Positions 50,736 through 64,000 of a DNA stretch of 64,000 bases are shown here, in pieces. Position numbers and translations under genes: made by a program. The notes under the pieces were generated by a model. That model saw only the letters and a list, made by a program, of their open reading frames with translations. It searched no databases and had not been told where the DNA came from. The stretch spans positions 36,396,001 to 36,460,000 of the forward strand of contig NC_087245.1 in the NCBI RefSeq assembly GCF_037042905.1, in the 5' to 3' direction. Numbering within the stretch: position 1 is the stretch's first letter; the number at the start of each line of letters is the position of its first letter. The DNA comes from Lytechinus pictus. Taxonomy: Eukaryota.

Positions 50736-50881
50736 GATGGCTCAGTTGGTAGAGCGTCCATCTCACACCCGGGAGGTCGGGGTTCAAACCCCGGCCGCGT
50801 CAGACCAAAAGACGTAAAAAGATGGGAGTTGCTGCTACCCTGTTTGGCGTTCAACGATTAAACATGTTATAGGGATAGAGC
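50736..50881 (+). mobile_element. tRNA-derived SINE, split by 50882-52594 and probably resuming at ~52595-52655
   Basis: A box TGGCTCAGTTGGTAGAGC, B box GGTTCAAACCC, then SINE body. Confidence 0.75.
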
Positions 50882-52594
50882 CAGTGGCGTAACAGGCGGG
50901 GGGGGGGGGCAGGGGGGGCAAGCTGCCCCCCCTGGCGGATTTCACCGGGAAAATAAAAGAAAAACGGGAAAAAGAAAAAAAAGGAGGGAGAAAGGAAGGG
51001 AAAGGGGAAGAAAAGGGGAAAAGGAAAGGAGGAAAAGGAAAGTTAAAAAGCGAAAAGAAAACGAAGAAAACTTTTTTTAAATGGAAAAGGAAGGAAAGCG
51101 GGAAAATGTAAGAAAAAAGAACATTTGAGAAAGAGCAAATCATTTTGAAATAGGCTTATGTATGCAATAGCATGATGGGAAATAAATCAAAAGATGACAA
51201 ATTGACAAACAATAGCGGGAAACGAAGGTAGAAAGGAATTAGTCAAACACAGGGGCTGCGTAACGGTTATCAAAGTGGGGGGGGGGGGGCTGACCATGCA
51301 GAAAATCACAATCGTATGGTAATTTTTAGGTGTTTGTACATGGTTTTGGAAAAAAGTGGGGGGCTGAAGCCCCCCCCCCCCCGCGCTTCCGCGGCCCCTG
51401 GAACACAACCGGGCTGCCGATAATTGAAATTAAAGAGCGGGAAGAAAGATGGACTGCATACAACATTCTGCTATAAGCTTGCAAAATTTTATGCAAATAA
51501 GCTACCTTTGCCCCATGCAGACCCCACGCAGTAGGGGCTCTTCATTTATAACCTTCAAATGGCTCTATAACGCCACCCCCCCGTTAAATCACGTTCAATC
51601 ACTGGCATACAGGCGCGGGGGGGGGGGTGGGATCTTGGTTTCACACCCTAGAGGAAATAAAAGAAATTATAGGAGACAACGTATAATGAAATGAATGGAA
51701 ACAATGAAATGTGTTATTTGCTGAATATAATGGGAAAATCTATCACATAATTAGAATTTAATTTCAATAGGCAATTTTTTTCCAGCTCGCTTTGCACGCT
51801 GGCGACTATTTACAAATTTTTCCCACATTGCTATGTTTTGCCCCCTCAAAATATTTGTTTCATTACGCAACTGGGTTGAATAAATGTGTTGTGTAAAAGC
51901 TATATTCTGTATATGCCCGCGATTTGATTAAAATAGCGGCAATCTGCGAGGTTTAAATGGCTTTGATATCAAGAAGTTCCGGGGGCTCCATCCCGGACCC
52001 CAACCGTATAGCACTGCGTATGGAAGGGATGGGCCTTGGCCCCAAAAGTTTTACAAACAAGAACAAAAAAAAGGAGGAAAGAAAAGCAAAGGAAAAGTGT
52101 AGGATATGATTTTATTTACTGAATATAATGTAAAAAAATAGCTCAAGGTTAGATTCTCATGAAAAGGTGATTTTTTCTCGCTCGCTTCGCTCGCTCGGAA
52201 CTTATAAAGCAGCTTTTTAGCACATGTGCTATACTCCGCCATCGGTTTTTTTATATTTTTTTTTACTCTTCACGCTACTGCCGCAAAGAATCCTGTTCAC
52301 AGTGGCGTACAGACCACAAAATAAAGGAATCTATATTAGAGTGAAATATATCATTCTGGATATCATGTCAAAATCTATCACAAAATTGGATTTTTGTATT
52401 AAAAAGGTCAAAATTTTTGCTCGCTCGCTTCGCTCGCTCGCAACTTTTTTAAAGATAAATTCTGCCCGATACGCAATATCTGGCCTTCTTAAAATAGTCG
52501 CCTCATTACACCATTACGCCTGTTCATACCATGGTATGACCGGGAAATTTTTGGCTCTTGCCCCCCCTGGCCACCGACCCCTGTTACGCCGCTG
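50882..52594. mobile_element. Composite CAGTGGCGTAACAGG-type TIR element with nested MITEs (e.g. 51250-51400)
   Basis: Termini CAGTGGCGTAACAGG / CCTGTTACGCCGCTG. No clear TSD. Confidence 0.6.
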
Positions 52595-54229
52595 TCGTCG
52601 ATCTGGCGCTGCACAAAACAAATTTTCGGAGGATTTCTGTTTCGAACAATAAAATATGCATTTTCGAATCAACTGCTCAAAAACAGAACGCTTTTGTTAG
52701 TTTCGAATGTCAAAAATAATTAACATTACTAACCCTTTATTACCAAAGGTTTAATATTTACGGTGATTTACATATTGATGAAGTGTGTAAACGAAATGCA
52801 GATATACATAAAGGATATATAGTTAAAACATATATCATGTCCCCAAATAGTCAGAAATATATCGTGAATATTTGTTTCAAATTCATGATACCCTTTCGAT
52901 AAGGCAGGCTTCGAATCATGCTGATAATAATTTGTCTGTTTGGCAAACCTGTGAAATGGGCGTTGCACATAGTACCGGAAAATGATATTTTGGGGGTACA
53001 TATACTTGTAAATAATGCTATATATCAATTATATATCTAAATGTTGCACCCTGGGTAAAGATAAAGGTCAAGAGACCCTGCATGTGATGGTAGTTTGTGC
53101 ATTGTGGTGGTGCTGTTCCAAGCGACTGTGTAATGTGTACTAGTTTAAACGTGGATGTATGTTGGCATGAGACGGTAACTAGTGGCGTAATTATCCCGAA
53201 GAAATTGAGGGGCCAGGTAGAACTTTTTTTATGCAAGCGAAACGAGCTACATTTTTTATACGGAAATCTAATTTTCTGATAGATTTTGACATCATTTTCA
53301 GAAAATAATAATGTTTCCCCATTTTTTCTTCCATTTTTTTTCTCTTGATCATGAAAATTGGGGGGGGGGGGGGTCCATGTCCCCACGCCCCCCCCCCCCC
53401 CCGATCTGTACGCCAGTGATGCTAACTTATTTCATTTACAAATGTATTTTTTACTTTTCTATTGATCAACGATCGTCAATGATATTCTGTTGATGAAAAC
53501 ATGATGTCAATGATTTCAATGCTGACGGAGATTTCAGTGACTGAGGTGTTGATGAAGATGATTTTGATTTACCGGTCGACGAAGATATGATACTTATACT
53601 AAGGCCTCAGTACTAATGCTTAATTATGACTTTTCTTACATAAATTATTGTTGAAACCTACGGACTAACTTACCTAAATAATTACTTATCCACGTACTTT
53701 CTTTAAATCTAGTTTATTTGCTTTATTATTTGAAGTAAGCCCTCGGTAATATCCGGATTCGATCATTTTCATGTTTCAGATCTGTAACGATGCTTTGGAC
53801 CATTATTTTGCAATTATGGTATATTCAATATATTACATTTGTATTAAAATAATGGTTACATTGGGGGGAAAAGCACCTTTTAAGAACAATTTTAGTTCGA
53901 AGAGGTCCAAATTTAACCCACTGACCGTAATCATGGTCAAAGGCGAACAATGGAAATTCTAAAAAGGTGTCAGGTAATAACACCGTATGGTTCAATTGGC
54001 ATGTTGAAAAGCAAATCATACTTACTCCGTCAAAACTTCTCGATGTACCGCAAAATTTTTGTTGTCTGTGTTGGCATTCTTTTTTAATAGTTCGTGAAAT
54101 GAATATATATAATGTATTTGCTTTTTTCCTTTTTTAAGGTATATTGCGGTATAGTTTTGAATTTTTCATTCTTCGCTCATCCCCCCCCCCCTCTATTTCA
54201 CATTTGTCCACTTTCCCTCTCATTCTTTA

Positions 54230-54493
54230 CCCCGCGATTATACGTTAATCTTTGGCTTTTCCGTTGTAGTCTGATATTTTTGTTAGTGTCCGATCTCCTT
54301 GATTACTAATTTCATAATTATTTTAAGGAGCCTGCAGACATTACAAGCTCTGCTTTTTATGCAGGTTCCTTCATATTTCACTTTATTTACTGCCATTATC
54401 TTTTGTATTTTGTATGCAATCAAATGTATTTTTTGTATTATGTGATTATTTTGCAATCTTGTGAAGTATGAAAATAAATTCAATTCAATTCAA
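54230..54493 (+). mobile_element. L2/Crack-like LINE 3' UTR
   Basis: GGAGCCTGCA...TGCAGGTTCC stem, then AATAAA and an (ATTCA)n tail. Confidence 0.5.
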
Positions 54494-57400
54494 ATGTATG
54501 GTGCGTTTAGTATAGTGTGACTTTCAATCAAGTCCTCCGTTCCCCTGGTCAAAGCTCCATAATTTTACAAGTAAATATGTTACCCTAGATGTGATTCAAC
54601 GTTTACACACTTAGCATACCTAGTATCATCTGGTAATATTGTTTCGACATTCCATCGTCGGTAGCTTCCGTATCCAAGCGATCCGCTGAACTATTTTTTT
54701 TTTTGGGGGGGGGGTCGCAGTAGATCTAAAATTATCATTTTTATAACTTTTTATATCCAGAAGATTTACAAGTTAAATATTCAATTAGATAAATTGCTAT
54801 TTTTCAGAGTCTTTTCAATTTCACAGCCTTTTAAATTGCCGAAAAGAAATTGCCGTTAACCCAATGCCGCTCGTGTAATTAAACTACAATGTATATCATT
54901 GATTAGCAGAATACTAACTGGGAATTTAGTTATTTATTGATATTATTCAAAATGTAATGGAACGAACAGCATCCATGAAAGGGTGCTTGATTGCAATGTA
55001 TTCGTTTAGAATATAATCATAATTATTTCATCACTCCCCGATAAAGACGAAAACGTAAGGAGAAAAGAAAATTGGGGCGTTGCAAGAAACTTGCAATCAA
55101 TTGCAAGTCAATTTTCGTTCCCGAAATCAAGCATATGCCGTGCAATTAATTGCAAATTTACGATTGATTGCTAATCTGCTCCATGAAACAAGGAGTGTTA
55201 TCTGATATAGTTAAATGTGATCAATCAATTGTAAAATTGCAACAGAATATTTGCAATTGATTGCAAATATTTTCTTGCAACACCCCCTAAGTCTCATAAC
55301 ATTTTCTAACTGTATTCATCCGGAACAGCTGCTTAGGCCCATGGTAGGCCTGAACCATTACAAGTGGGGGGGGGGGGGGTCCAAGGGGCAGCCCCAATCC
55401 CTTCCAGCCTATGATTCTGCAAATAGTAGGGTAGAAAACGAAATTAAGAGGAAGAAAAGAGTTCTTAATGGTTTGGTTTTATAACTCTCTATGCCTGTTA
55501 TTCAATTAAGAAAATGTTACGAAAACATGCCTTACAACAACTTGAAAGCCGGATTGGGGGGGGGGGGGTTGCCCCAATTATTGGCGTTCATAAATTTCTA
55601 CGGGAATATCCCCCTTTTGTCAGGTCGGTGGTATATTCACGATTTCAAAAAGGTGCCTTAGATACTCCGTTTTGAAGTCCGTATATCAACTTCAATTTCA
55701 GCCCGCGATTCGCGCCTTCATTACTGCATTGTATTATTAAATTTGTATCGTACTCATGCCAACAGTACAAAATAATTAAAATCACCATTTCCAAGTCTAT
55801 ATCCTAATGGCTCACGCTTCGCTCTTTCACTTTTTAAGTGAGATACGCAATCGTGTTTGTGCATTCCTACGATTAGTCCTTAGAATATTTCATTTTCAAA
55901 ACACTATGATTATGATTAGTCTGAAATTTCTGCTCGCGCTTCGCGCTTTCATTGTTGTTTAGTAAGTTTCGTAGCGCACCCATGGTTACCATAAAAATAA
56001 ATGCTAAAACTTACCTCTTTTCCGGTCAGTTTAACGTTTTATGATAGAAAATCAGTTTGTGCTTCACACTCTCATCAGCAGATTAGTTGTTTAGTGAAAT
56101 ATAGGCTACGTAATTTTGTTAATGACTTCCAGCGGTAATTAAAATGCCCTATTTTCAGTATCACTGAGCGCTTCGCATTCGTTTAATTTATTAAGACTAA
56201 ATGAAATACTTTATCTTGTTTGTAAAATAATGCTAAATAGTAAATAATGTATGATTATGTCTACCCCCCCCCGGTCTTTAGCTCTTCGAGCAGCTTATTT
56301 GGATAATCTTATTTTCCCGTCGCTCCACGTACGTCCATTACACAATATACACTTGTTTATGTCGATACTACGAGTGGGTGAAACGAGTGAGCGAGCGAAA
56401 TATTAGTTCACTCATCTCCAATGATATCATTCGTCAAAACTCTTGTGTAAATTACATTCGTTTGAGAGAAAATTGTTTTTAAATGTTGGAAATACAAATA
56501 AGAAGCATTTTTTTTTCAATTGGTCAGGTTTCTCTTTTGATGAGTCAATTTTTTGAAGGGGGTAAAAAATATTATCATCATCTGGCTTGGTGGCATAATG
56601 GGAATACTATATAATAAGGAGATATATATTTAAAAAATGGTTTTAAGGGAGCTCCAATGCGAATATTGACGCTATCGTCAGTGCCAGGGTGTTACCACAT
56701 GATCTATACATCGATCAATATAAGGTATTTTATATTTTAGGAAAAAAGAAAAACGGGCTAGTAAAACTATAATGTCCTTGCTATGAAATATATTTTGGCA
56801 TTGGAATGCATGATAATTAGATTATAAAATTATAATGATTGAATCTAAACATTACAAAGGAGTGAAGAAAGAAAGAGCAAAACTGCCCTTCTCACACAAA
56901 GTAGTTATGTTCATCATAAAACATTAAGACATCTGAATGACACAATGTTGTCATCATCACTACTAAAAAGCACTATTTTGTCAATACCAAATAATTATGT
57001 ATGTGTTATGCGTACATTTCTTACATTGTTTAATGTTTTCTTATACATGTTATTATAGGCCTATATGTATATCAAGATGTAAACGCAAAACGACATCATT
57101 TGTGTAATTGAGAATAAACGAAACGAAATGAAGAGTACAAACATGCACCGAACTGAAACAAAATATCGAATTTACTTCAAAAGCAGAAGGAAAAGAAGCC
57201 AAAGTTTTGCTCTGGAATCATTTCTGTAATAGACAGGAGGAAGCGCACGTAGCGTGTATTTTGAAAGGAAGACAGATGACACTACCGATTCCATCATTTT
57301 CCCGCCAAAACCGATGCATCATCGAGAAGCTCTTAAAATCCTGGGCGTGTGGAGTAGGAGGGAATGACATCGAAGTACCGCTATATACGATGCGATGATT

Positions 57401-58181
57401 GATTATGGAAAACGACAAGGGATGCACATGTTACATTCCGCTTAGTTAGTTGTTGAATTTCAACAAAATCATCGTTTCCTACTAGGGCGGATCAAGGATA
57501 TCAAAAAGTTAACCTTTTCTTGATTTTTTTTCTTTAATGGACAATTTATTTTTCATTTTAACAATTAAAAAGGTACGGGTTCTCACTGAAAAGGAAAAAA
57601 AACGTGACGAACAAATGTACAACATAAATAAAAAACAGGATGGAGCAAAGGTCCTCATTCAAGAAAGGAGGCACTCACCAGAGGGAAGAAATAATTCCCC
57701 CCCCCCCCCCCCACCCATGTTTGACCGTTAATGATTATCTCAAGTGACCTTGTTTAACAGTCGCTATACCTGAATGTGGAAAAACAATGTCATCTAATCC
57801 GGAAAGCTTAATCAGTATCACACTAATCACCTTTGTGTTTTAACAGGGTGGTGTCGTGGAGGGGGGGGGCAGTAGGCGACCAAAAGAGATGAAGGGAGAA
57901 ATTAGGAAATGAACAGAAATAGAAGAAGAGAGAAAGAGAGTACTTGACTACTATAAACAACTATTATTTTATTGTTATTGAGAGATTAAAAAATTAAGTC
58001 GCTCTAGGTCACCTTGCCCCCCTCCCCCCACTTCCCTTGAACATCTCAAATTTTCCCTTCAAAATCCAAATCACCATAGCCACGATCGTGGGAAATTTGT
58101 TTGGTGAGATCTCTTCTCTTTTTTGTGTGTGTACTTTTAATTTGTGATTTCAGAGTAAAATGAATATCAAAGACCATTTAA

Positions 58182-58475
58182 AGCTTTCAAAAATTAACAA
58201 TCGAAGTTATTTCAATCATGATACAGGTATAACCCCTTATGAAATTGTTATACAGTCGTACAATTCTTAACACATAAAAATGATATGATTTCAAGAATAG
58301 CTAAAGTTTTCTGGAAGCGTTGTACAACCAGTAATAGTTTTAAATGTTCATTCAGAGCAATTGGTTGATTTTAACATTTTTATGTGTTAAGAATTGTACG
58401 ACTGTATAACAATTTCATAAGGGGTTATACCTGTATCATGATTCAAATAACTTCGATTGTTAATTTTTGAAAGCT
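58182..58475. repeat. 101-bp near-perfect inverted repeat with a 92-nt spacer
   Basis: 58182-58282 versus 58375-58475; one mismatch seen. Confidence 0.9.
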
Positions 58476-58811
58476 ATTAATATTTGTCAATAATGGGCAA
58501 GATCACACAAACTTTCCTTGTTAACATGTAACCATATACGTAAACGTTTTATTACACATTAACCCTTGCAAATAGAGTGATTCTTGGAAGAAAAATGAAA
58601 ACATTTGAAGTTCAGAATAAAAGACAGGTAAATGTTCTATTTCTATAAGTGAGATGAATTTAAAAAAATCGAAACTTGTTTCGCTTCATCACAAACTGAA
58701 TATCAATATATCTTTTAACATGCTTTGCATATCGACTACCAGGCCGATTTACATTAGGACCAAATTTACATCATGTTCACATCATCAATAAAACAGTGAT
58801 AAAACGATGTT

Positions 58812-59213
58812 TTAAAGATAAATTCCAGTTTTGGTAACGATCTAAAAATGACTTTTTACAGAATCTAATATAATGACCACCTAAGTGTCTGTTTGTATGA
58901 ATAAAAAATATGTGCCAAAGGATTCTGGAAGAAATTGTGTAATTGCTGAGAAATAAGCAAAATAAGCGCGGATTCGGTCACTTCCGTCGGGTCTTTATTT
59001 TAGCAATAATAATACACTGTCCCACGTGTGCCTATCTGTGTTGGTGATCTTCAGTGTGAACATTTTTCAGCGTAGATTTCAAGATTTCACAAAGTTCAGT
59101 TTATGTAACTGTACCAGATCTAGATCCTCGATGATATACTGACAATTAAGCCTTGTTTTACAGACTTTCTCATGAAATCATTGTTTACTGCAAATACTGG
59201 AATTTCTCTTTAA
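58812..59213. mobile_element. Kolobok/T2-type MITE; partial copy at ~27527-27760
   Basis: TTAA-AGATAAATTCCAGT ... ACTGGAATTTCTCT-TTAA. Confidence 0.75.
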
Positions 59214-60090
59214 ATGAAGGAGGGCCTATACCAAAATCAATGTGTTTGGATTATGTTTTTGCAATATATGTAAACACAACTTGTTTGGGAGTTTCTATAA
59301 AAACAACGATACAAAAAGCATTGAATCTTGGATCTGTCATGTATTTTAAAAATAGATTATGTATTATCATAATTATCTGTGAAAGAAAATATTCATTAAA
59401 ACAACTATTTAGGCCATCTATTTGTGTTTTGACCCAACAGTGCTTTATTAGTGTTAAGACAGTTGGTCATAAATTTGACCAACTAGACACAATTTTCCCA
59501 GCCCTTGTCGGTCAAAATATTTGACCAACTATTTTCTAAAGGGTCAAGTTGTACCGTTGTAGACATGGTAGAGGGTGTTGGGTGAGCAGTGTAATATTGT
59601 AGTAAGAAAACAAGAACATTCATTATACATTAGAAAATTGTCGCATAATCGGACAAAAATCATGAAAATTATGTGAGAAATATTCTTTTTATTCCATGAA
59701 TCGACTGTCTTTTCAGTTTACAATTTTCAAATTTTCTAATTTCGAAACCATTTGACAATAACAGGCACGTGTACCAAAAACAACAACGTGTATTTAAATG
59801 CTTGATTCTTCGATTGTATTTTGTTTATTTTGAAAGGAAATGAATAAAATCGAATCTAATCAGTTTAATAGCAAACTCATAATTTAACCACACGGATCAT
59901 TTTTCTGAGAGTAGGGCCTATAAGAATCTGGGTCTATGATATTTGCCGGTTTCTAAACAAACTGAATCGTTTTGTGTTTGTTTGATTAGTTTCCTTTTGT
60001 TAAACCGAAATTCCCATGGCCCTATCGTTAATAATCTGACATTATAATTGTGAACAACTATTATGCCCTTTAAACTGTATGGTGCCCCTG

Positions 60091-60332
60091 CACTGCAAAA
60101 TCTCCGGTGTTGATTTAACACCAGCCTGTAATCTATATATGTCCACACCACAGAGGTGTGAAACAACACCAGATTGGTTTTGGTCTAACACCAGATAAGT
60201 GTTTATACAACACCAATTAGTATTAAAACAGCATCGGTTTGATTCCAAACTGGTGTTGTTTCAATACTTCTCTGGTGTGGACATATATAGATTCCGGGCT
60301 GGTTTTAAATCAACACCGGAGTTTTTGCAGTG
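60091..60332. mobile_element. CACTG-terminated palindromic MITE with TG flanks
   Basis: CACTGCAAAA.CTCCGGTGTTGATTTAA / TTAAATCAACACCGGAG.TTTTGCAGTG. Confidence 0.8.
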
Positions 60333-61119
60333 TGACTACAAATTGATTTATCATCAAAATAATTTAATGATTATTCTGATGATAATATTTTAATAGTCAT
60401 GCACATTTTGTAGGCCAATCAAAATTTCTCAGACTTATGAGAGAAGAAGATGGATAATATTGAAATTCTATAGCTTCTTACCCCGCGAAGAGAAACTGGA
60501 AAAGCGCCATAAATTCTAACAGCATCTGAATCTATAAAACCCATATTGGTTTTAAGGATGGAGAGGGTTAAGGAATTTATTGCAAATATTCCTTCTCTTT
60601 CTCGCTTCCCCATGTTATAGGAGGTACATTACGCATAACTATATCTACAAGGGAATCAATGGCATAGCGACCCGCTTAGTATCGCACTTGTTGAAATTAC
60701 GCTAGCCTCATTCACCATCGCGGCTCCTTTTATCTCCACACTGCGGCAACCTCGCCAAAGACTCGCCGCTCTATTACGCCTAAATGAGCCTGTTACGAGC
60801 CATGCCGCTGCGTTTGAAGTATATAAGCAACCCAAGCCGAATATATAAACCTTCTAACAAGAAGAATGCAATCAAAAAAGGAAGATAACAGGCAAAATAA
60901 TGAAACCCCTCCACGACCACTTATCCTACGCTGAACAATATCTCTCTTTTTATCATACATACATGCATTAATGGTTCTCAATTCGGTGACGAGGAGTTGT
61001 TATGTCTTCTATTCTGTTTTCACACTTTGTCTTTTAACAACTGTTCTTTTGGATTATACATACTTATGAGCCCACGTTTTCTTTGGAAATATTTGATATC
61101 ATTTTTTCCTCCGTATTGT

Positions 61120-61500
61120 CCTTTAGATTTTGTCAAAGGATGCCGACACGAAGGAACAATAGCGGGCGCACGTTCAAAGGGCCCGATGCCGCTAACACGA
61201 GCGCTCCTGCTCGGAATTAGAACTCCCATCCATTCACTCTATCTCTTTTGTCGGGGATGGGAAGGACGGAAGGGAGGCGGTATATGGCTTACTTGCTGTG
61301 AAAATTAATGATGTTATTGAGAAGGGAGAAATCAAATAAAGAAAAAGAGAGCTCTCCACTGTCCCTCCCCCTCCCCTCCTGCTTTAATCTAAAGTTTATT
61401 TTTGACGCAGCTTTGAAGTTTTACCCGCGACTCTGATTTGGCAAAGGATGGCGGGATCGCGGTACAAAGGGATGGATCGAAGGGATAAGAGTGGACGAGC
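61120..61500. promoter_or_regulatory. Candidate downstream TCF/Sox enhancer
   Basis: TCAAAGG (61133), TTCAAAGG (61173), GCTTTGAAG (61410), ACAAAGG (61464) and AACAAT (61155) in unique sequence. Confidence 0.4.
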
Positions 61501-62834
61501 GAAAGGGGAAAAGGTCAATTACAGATAGAATATGGTATGCTTGTGTATTATCGTCCAAGGAAAGCATAAAATATGAATAGATTTCCATGGACATGACACT
61601 AAAAAAAATGACTTCTTGACAGTGTGAATCAATCATAAGGTACTTTGTTTCAGTTTTGATGTTATGCATACAATCAAAATAATGTATTAAGAATACAATA
61701 CATTCATTACTTCTTTGAGCTCTAAGATTTCAAATTGAATTGATCTATGAGCGATGCGTTGTTTTGCCAGGGAAGTGGGTGTAAATATTAATTTTGCTTG
61801 TTGCTTAACTCATAACTTTAAATTGTGTTTTATGCGTTTTCATTTTGTTTTATGTAGTTCTTTGATGCTTGTTGAAGATGTCTAAAATACTGTTTCGCCT
61901 ACTGCTGGATCCGCCCCTGCATATGGATCCATTTTGTATTTTATTCTGTAATTACACCTGATGCATTTTACATGTTTTTACGAATGGAAAATAAATGCAA
62001 TACAATACAATTCCCATTCTTCGGGAGCGTGTTCAGACAAACAGTAAGGGGCATAAAATGATGTGTGTGACAAACTTTCTTAAAAGTCCCGAGTGAGCGA
62101 AGCTGGCGAGCAAAAATATTCAGGATGAAAATCTTATTTTGTTATTTTGACATATTATTATGAAAATATCAAATCTACCTTAAAAATTTCCTTTCTTTCT
62201 CTCCCTTTTCCTGGTTGAACCTTTTTTGTGTCGGTGGGGGTGCTTCAAGCTTCCCATCAAGACGCTAGTTCCGGAGAGAGTTTAAGTTTATCATAATTTT
62301 AGAGAATAACGTAATGTGTAATGTAGATTTAAAGGAGTATCACGGATTTTTTCAGAAAAGATGTTTTACTTCAAGCATCATATACATGTACATCAAAACC
62401 CAGGATTAGCATTATGTGGAAGTCAAATTTAACTAAACTTCGTATGGTTGATCTTTTAAACTTTATTTCTAATAGATTTAATGCTTTCTAGCAAAATCTC
62501 TCTTGATTCCATATTTTGTTTTGGTGATACTCACAAAATTGAATATATTGGTTTGACTTACATTACATCAACGTAAGCGTTGTAAAATTTTGGTCATTTT
62601 AACAGAAATCTCCATTACATTAGGGCTGGGTTTTTTAACGTTTTATTGCCTTGATCAGGAAGTGTAATATTTTGTTAGGGCACAGAACATTATTTGCTCA
62701 CCCATGCTAGATTTACCCCCAATGTTTGTTTGATTTTGATATTTGATAGTTTTTTAATTATGCAGGCCAAAACAAAAAAAAATCACCAAGATCGGGCAAT
62801 GAGTTTAATATTGTACCATGTTTTTTTTTCTCAA

Positions 62835-63305
62835 ATGATGCTAATGATGATGAAGATAGTGATGATGATGATGATGAGGAGGAGGATGATGATGAGGATG
62901 ATGCTGCTGCTGATGATACTGCTGAAGATAATAATGATAATATAATGGTGGTGGTGGTGGTGATGATGGTAGTGGTGGTGGTGGTGACGATGATGATGAT
63001 GGTGAATATGTCGATGATATGATGATGATCATCATGATGGTGGTAGTGGTGGTGATGTCGATGATATGATAATGATGATGATGGTGATGGTAATGAGGTC
63101 GACGATATGATGATGATGATTATGATGATTGATGGCGACGATGATGATGATGATGATGATGTCGATGATATGATAATGATGACAATGATGATGTCGATAG
63201 TGCTTATGGTGATGATGATCACGATGATGATGATGATGATGATGAGATGATCATGATGATGATGAATTGGAGGAGGAGGAGGATGTTGATAATGATGGTA
63301 ATGCT
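62835..63305. repeat. Long degenerate (GAT)n microsatellite
   Basis: Direct inspection. Confidence 0.95.
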
Positions 63306-64000
63306 GCTGCTACTCGTGGTGATACGCCACATATAATATCTGTTTGAAAGCAGAAGGCGCAGATCTCTCCAAAAACATAAGGAAACTAAATGAACCGTAT
63401 ATGGAAAGGTAAAAAGACAAGATATTGCCCCCTCCTATATAGTGACACGACCTGTCCCCCCCCCCACGTTTTCCTTCGCTTATACTCAACACATCTGCTC
63501 CTGCTACTAATCGTTTACAAGATATCAACCGCCAAATAATTGTCAAACTTGACTTTGCAAAAGAAAATCCCTGAAAAAAAAAATCGTTCACATTTTGTTT
63601 ATGTACATTTATCGACCATTCCCCCCAGAACACCTGACGACCGACCGTATTTTTTGTTGCTCGTTATGATCAAATAATCAATTACAATCGAGCATGCCGA
63701 CATATATCGTAATCTCTTTGTATAGCAAAGCATTAAGAATGATTCGACATTCTGACTATAACACAGCCATGCGATTCTCAACAAGTTATTGGGATCTAAT
63801 CACATTGACTGGGAAATGGAATGTCTTTGAAGATTCATTATCTTTCTGGATCACATAATTACCGACGCCTGGAGCTATTTTACTATTTCTCCGATTTTTT
63901 TATTTTATTCAGTTTCTTGAGGGGGGTAGCAATAAAGTGTAAACTTAGCCCTTTGACTTCAAAACCCAGCTGGAGGAATATTATCTACCTTTGATTAAGA

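Overview
AT-rich, repeat-dense metazoan genomic DNA; the repeat families suggest a sea urchin or other echinoderm (inference). There is one intact protein-coding gene: a two-exon Sp5/buttonhead-class zinc-finger transcription factor (exon 1 CDS 39290-39325, exon 2 41591-42796, 413 aa). Its promoter carries GC boxes, CCAAT boxes and TCF sites, and several TCF-rich candidate enhancers lie in the surrounding gene desert. The rest is a nested mobilome: Kolobok/T2-type, Harbinger-like, CACTG and hAT-like MITEs, tRNA-derived SINEs, CR1/L2 tails, Helentron-associated elements and a Penelope-like hammerhead relic. The most striking object is a ~10.7 kb CAC...GTG DNA transposon (10691-21391, 4-bp TSD CCGG). 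It carries a decayed, intron-split transposase with RAG1-like RING/zinc-finger and core motifs (Chapaev-like). After removing a nested insertion, its ends share a terminal block and a 9-mer placed asymmetrically, 23 nt versus 11 nt from the terminal 7-mer, reminiscent of V(D)J 12/23 recombination signals. All alignments were done by eye; no database searches were run.
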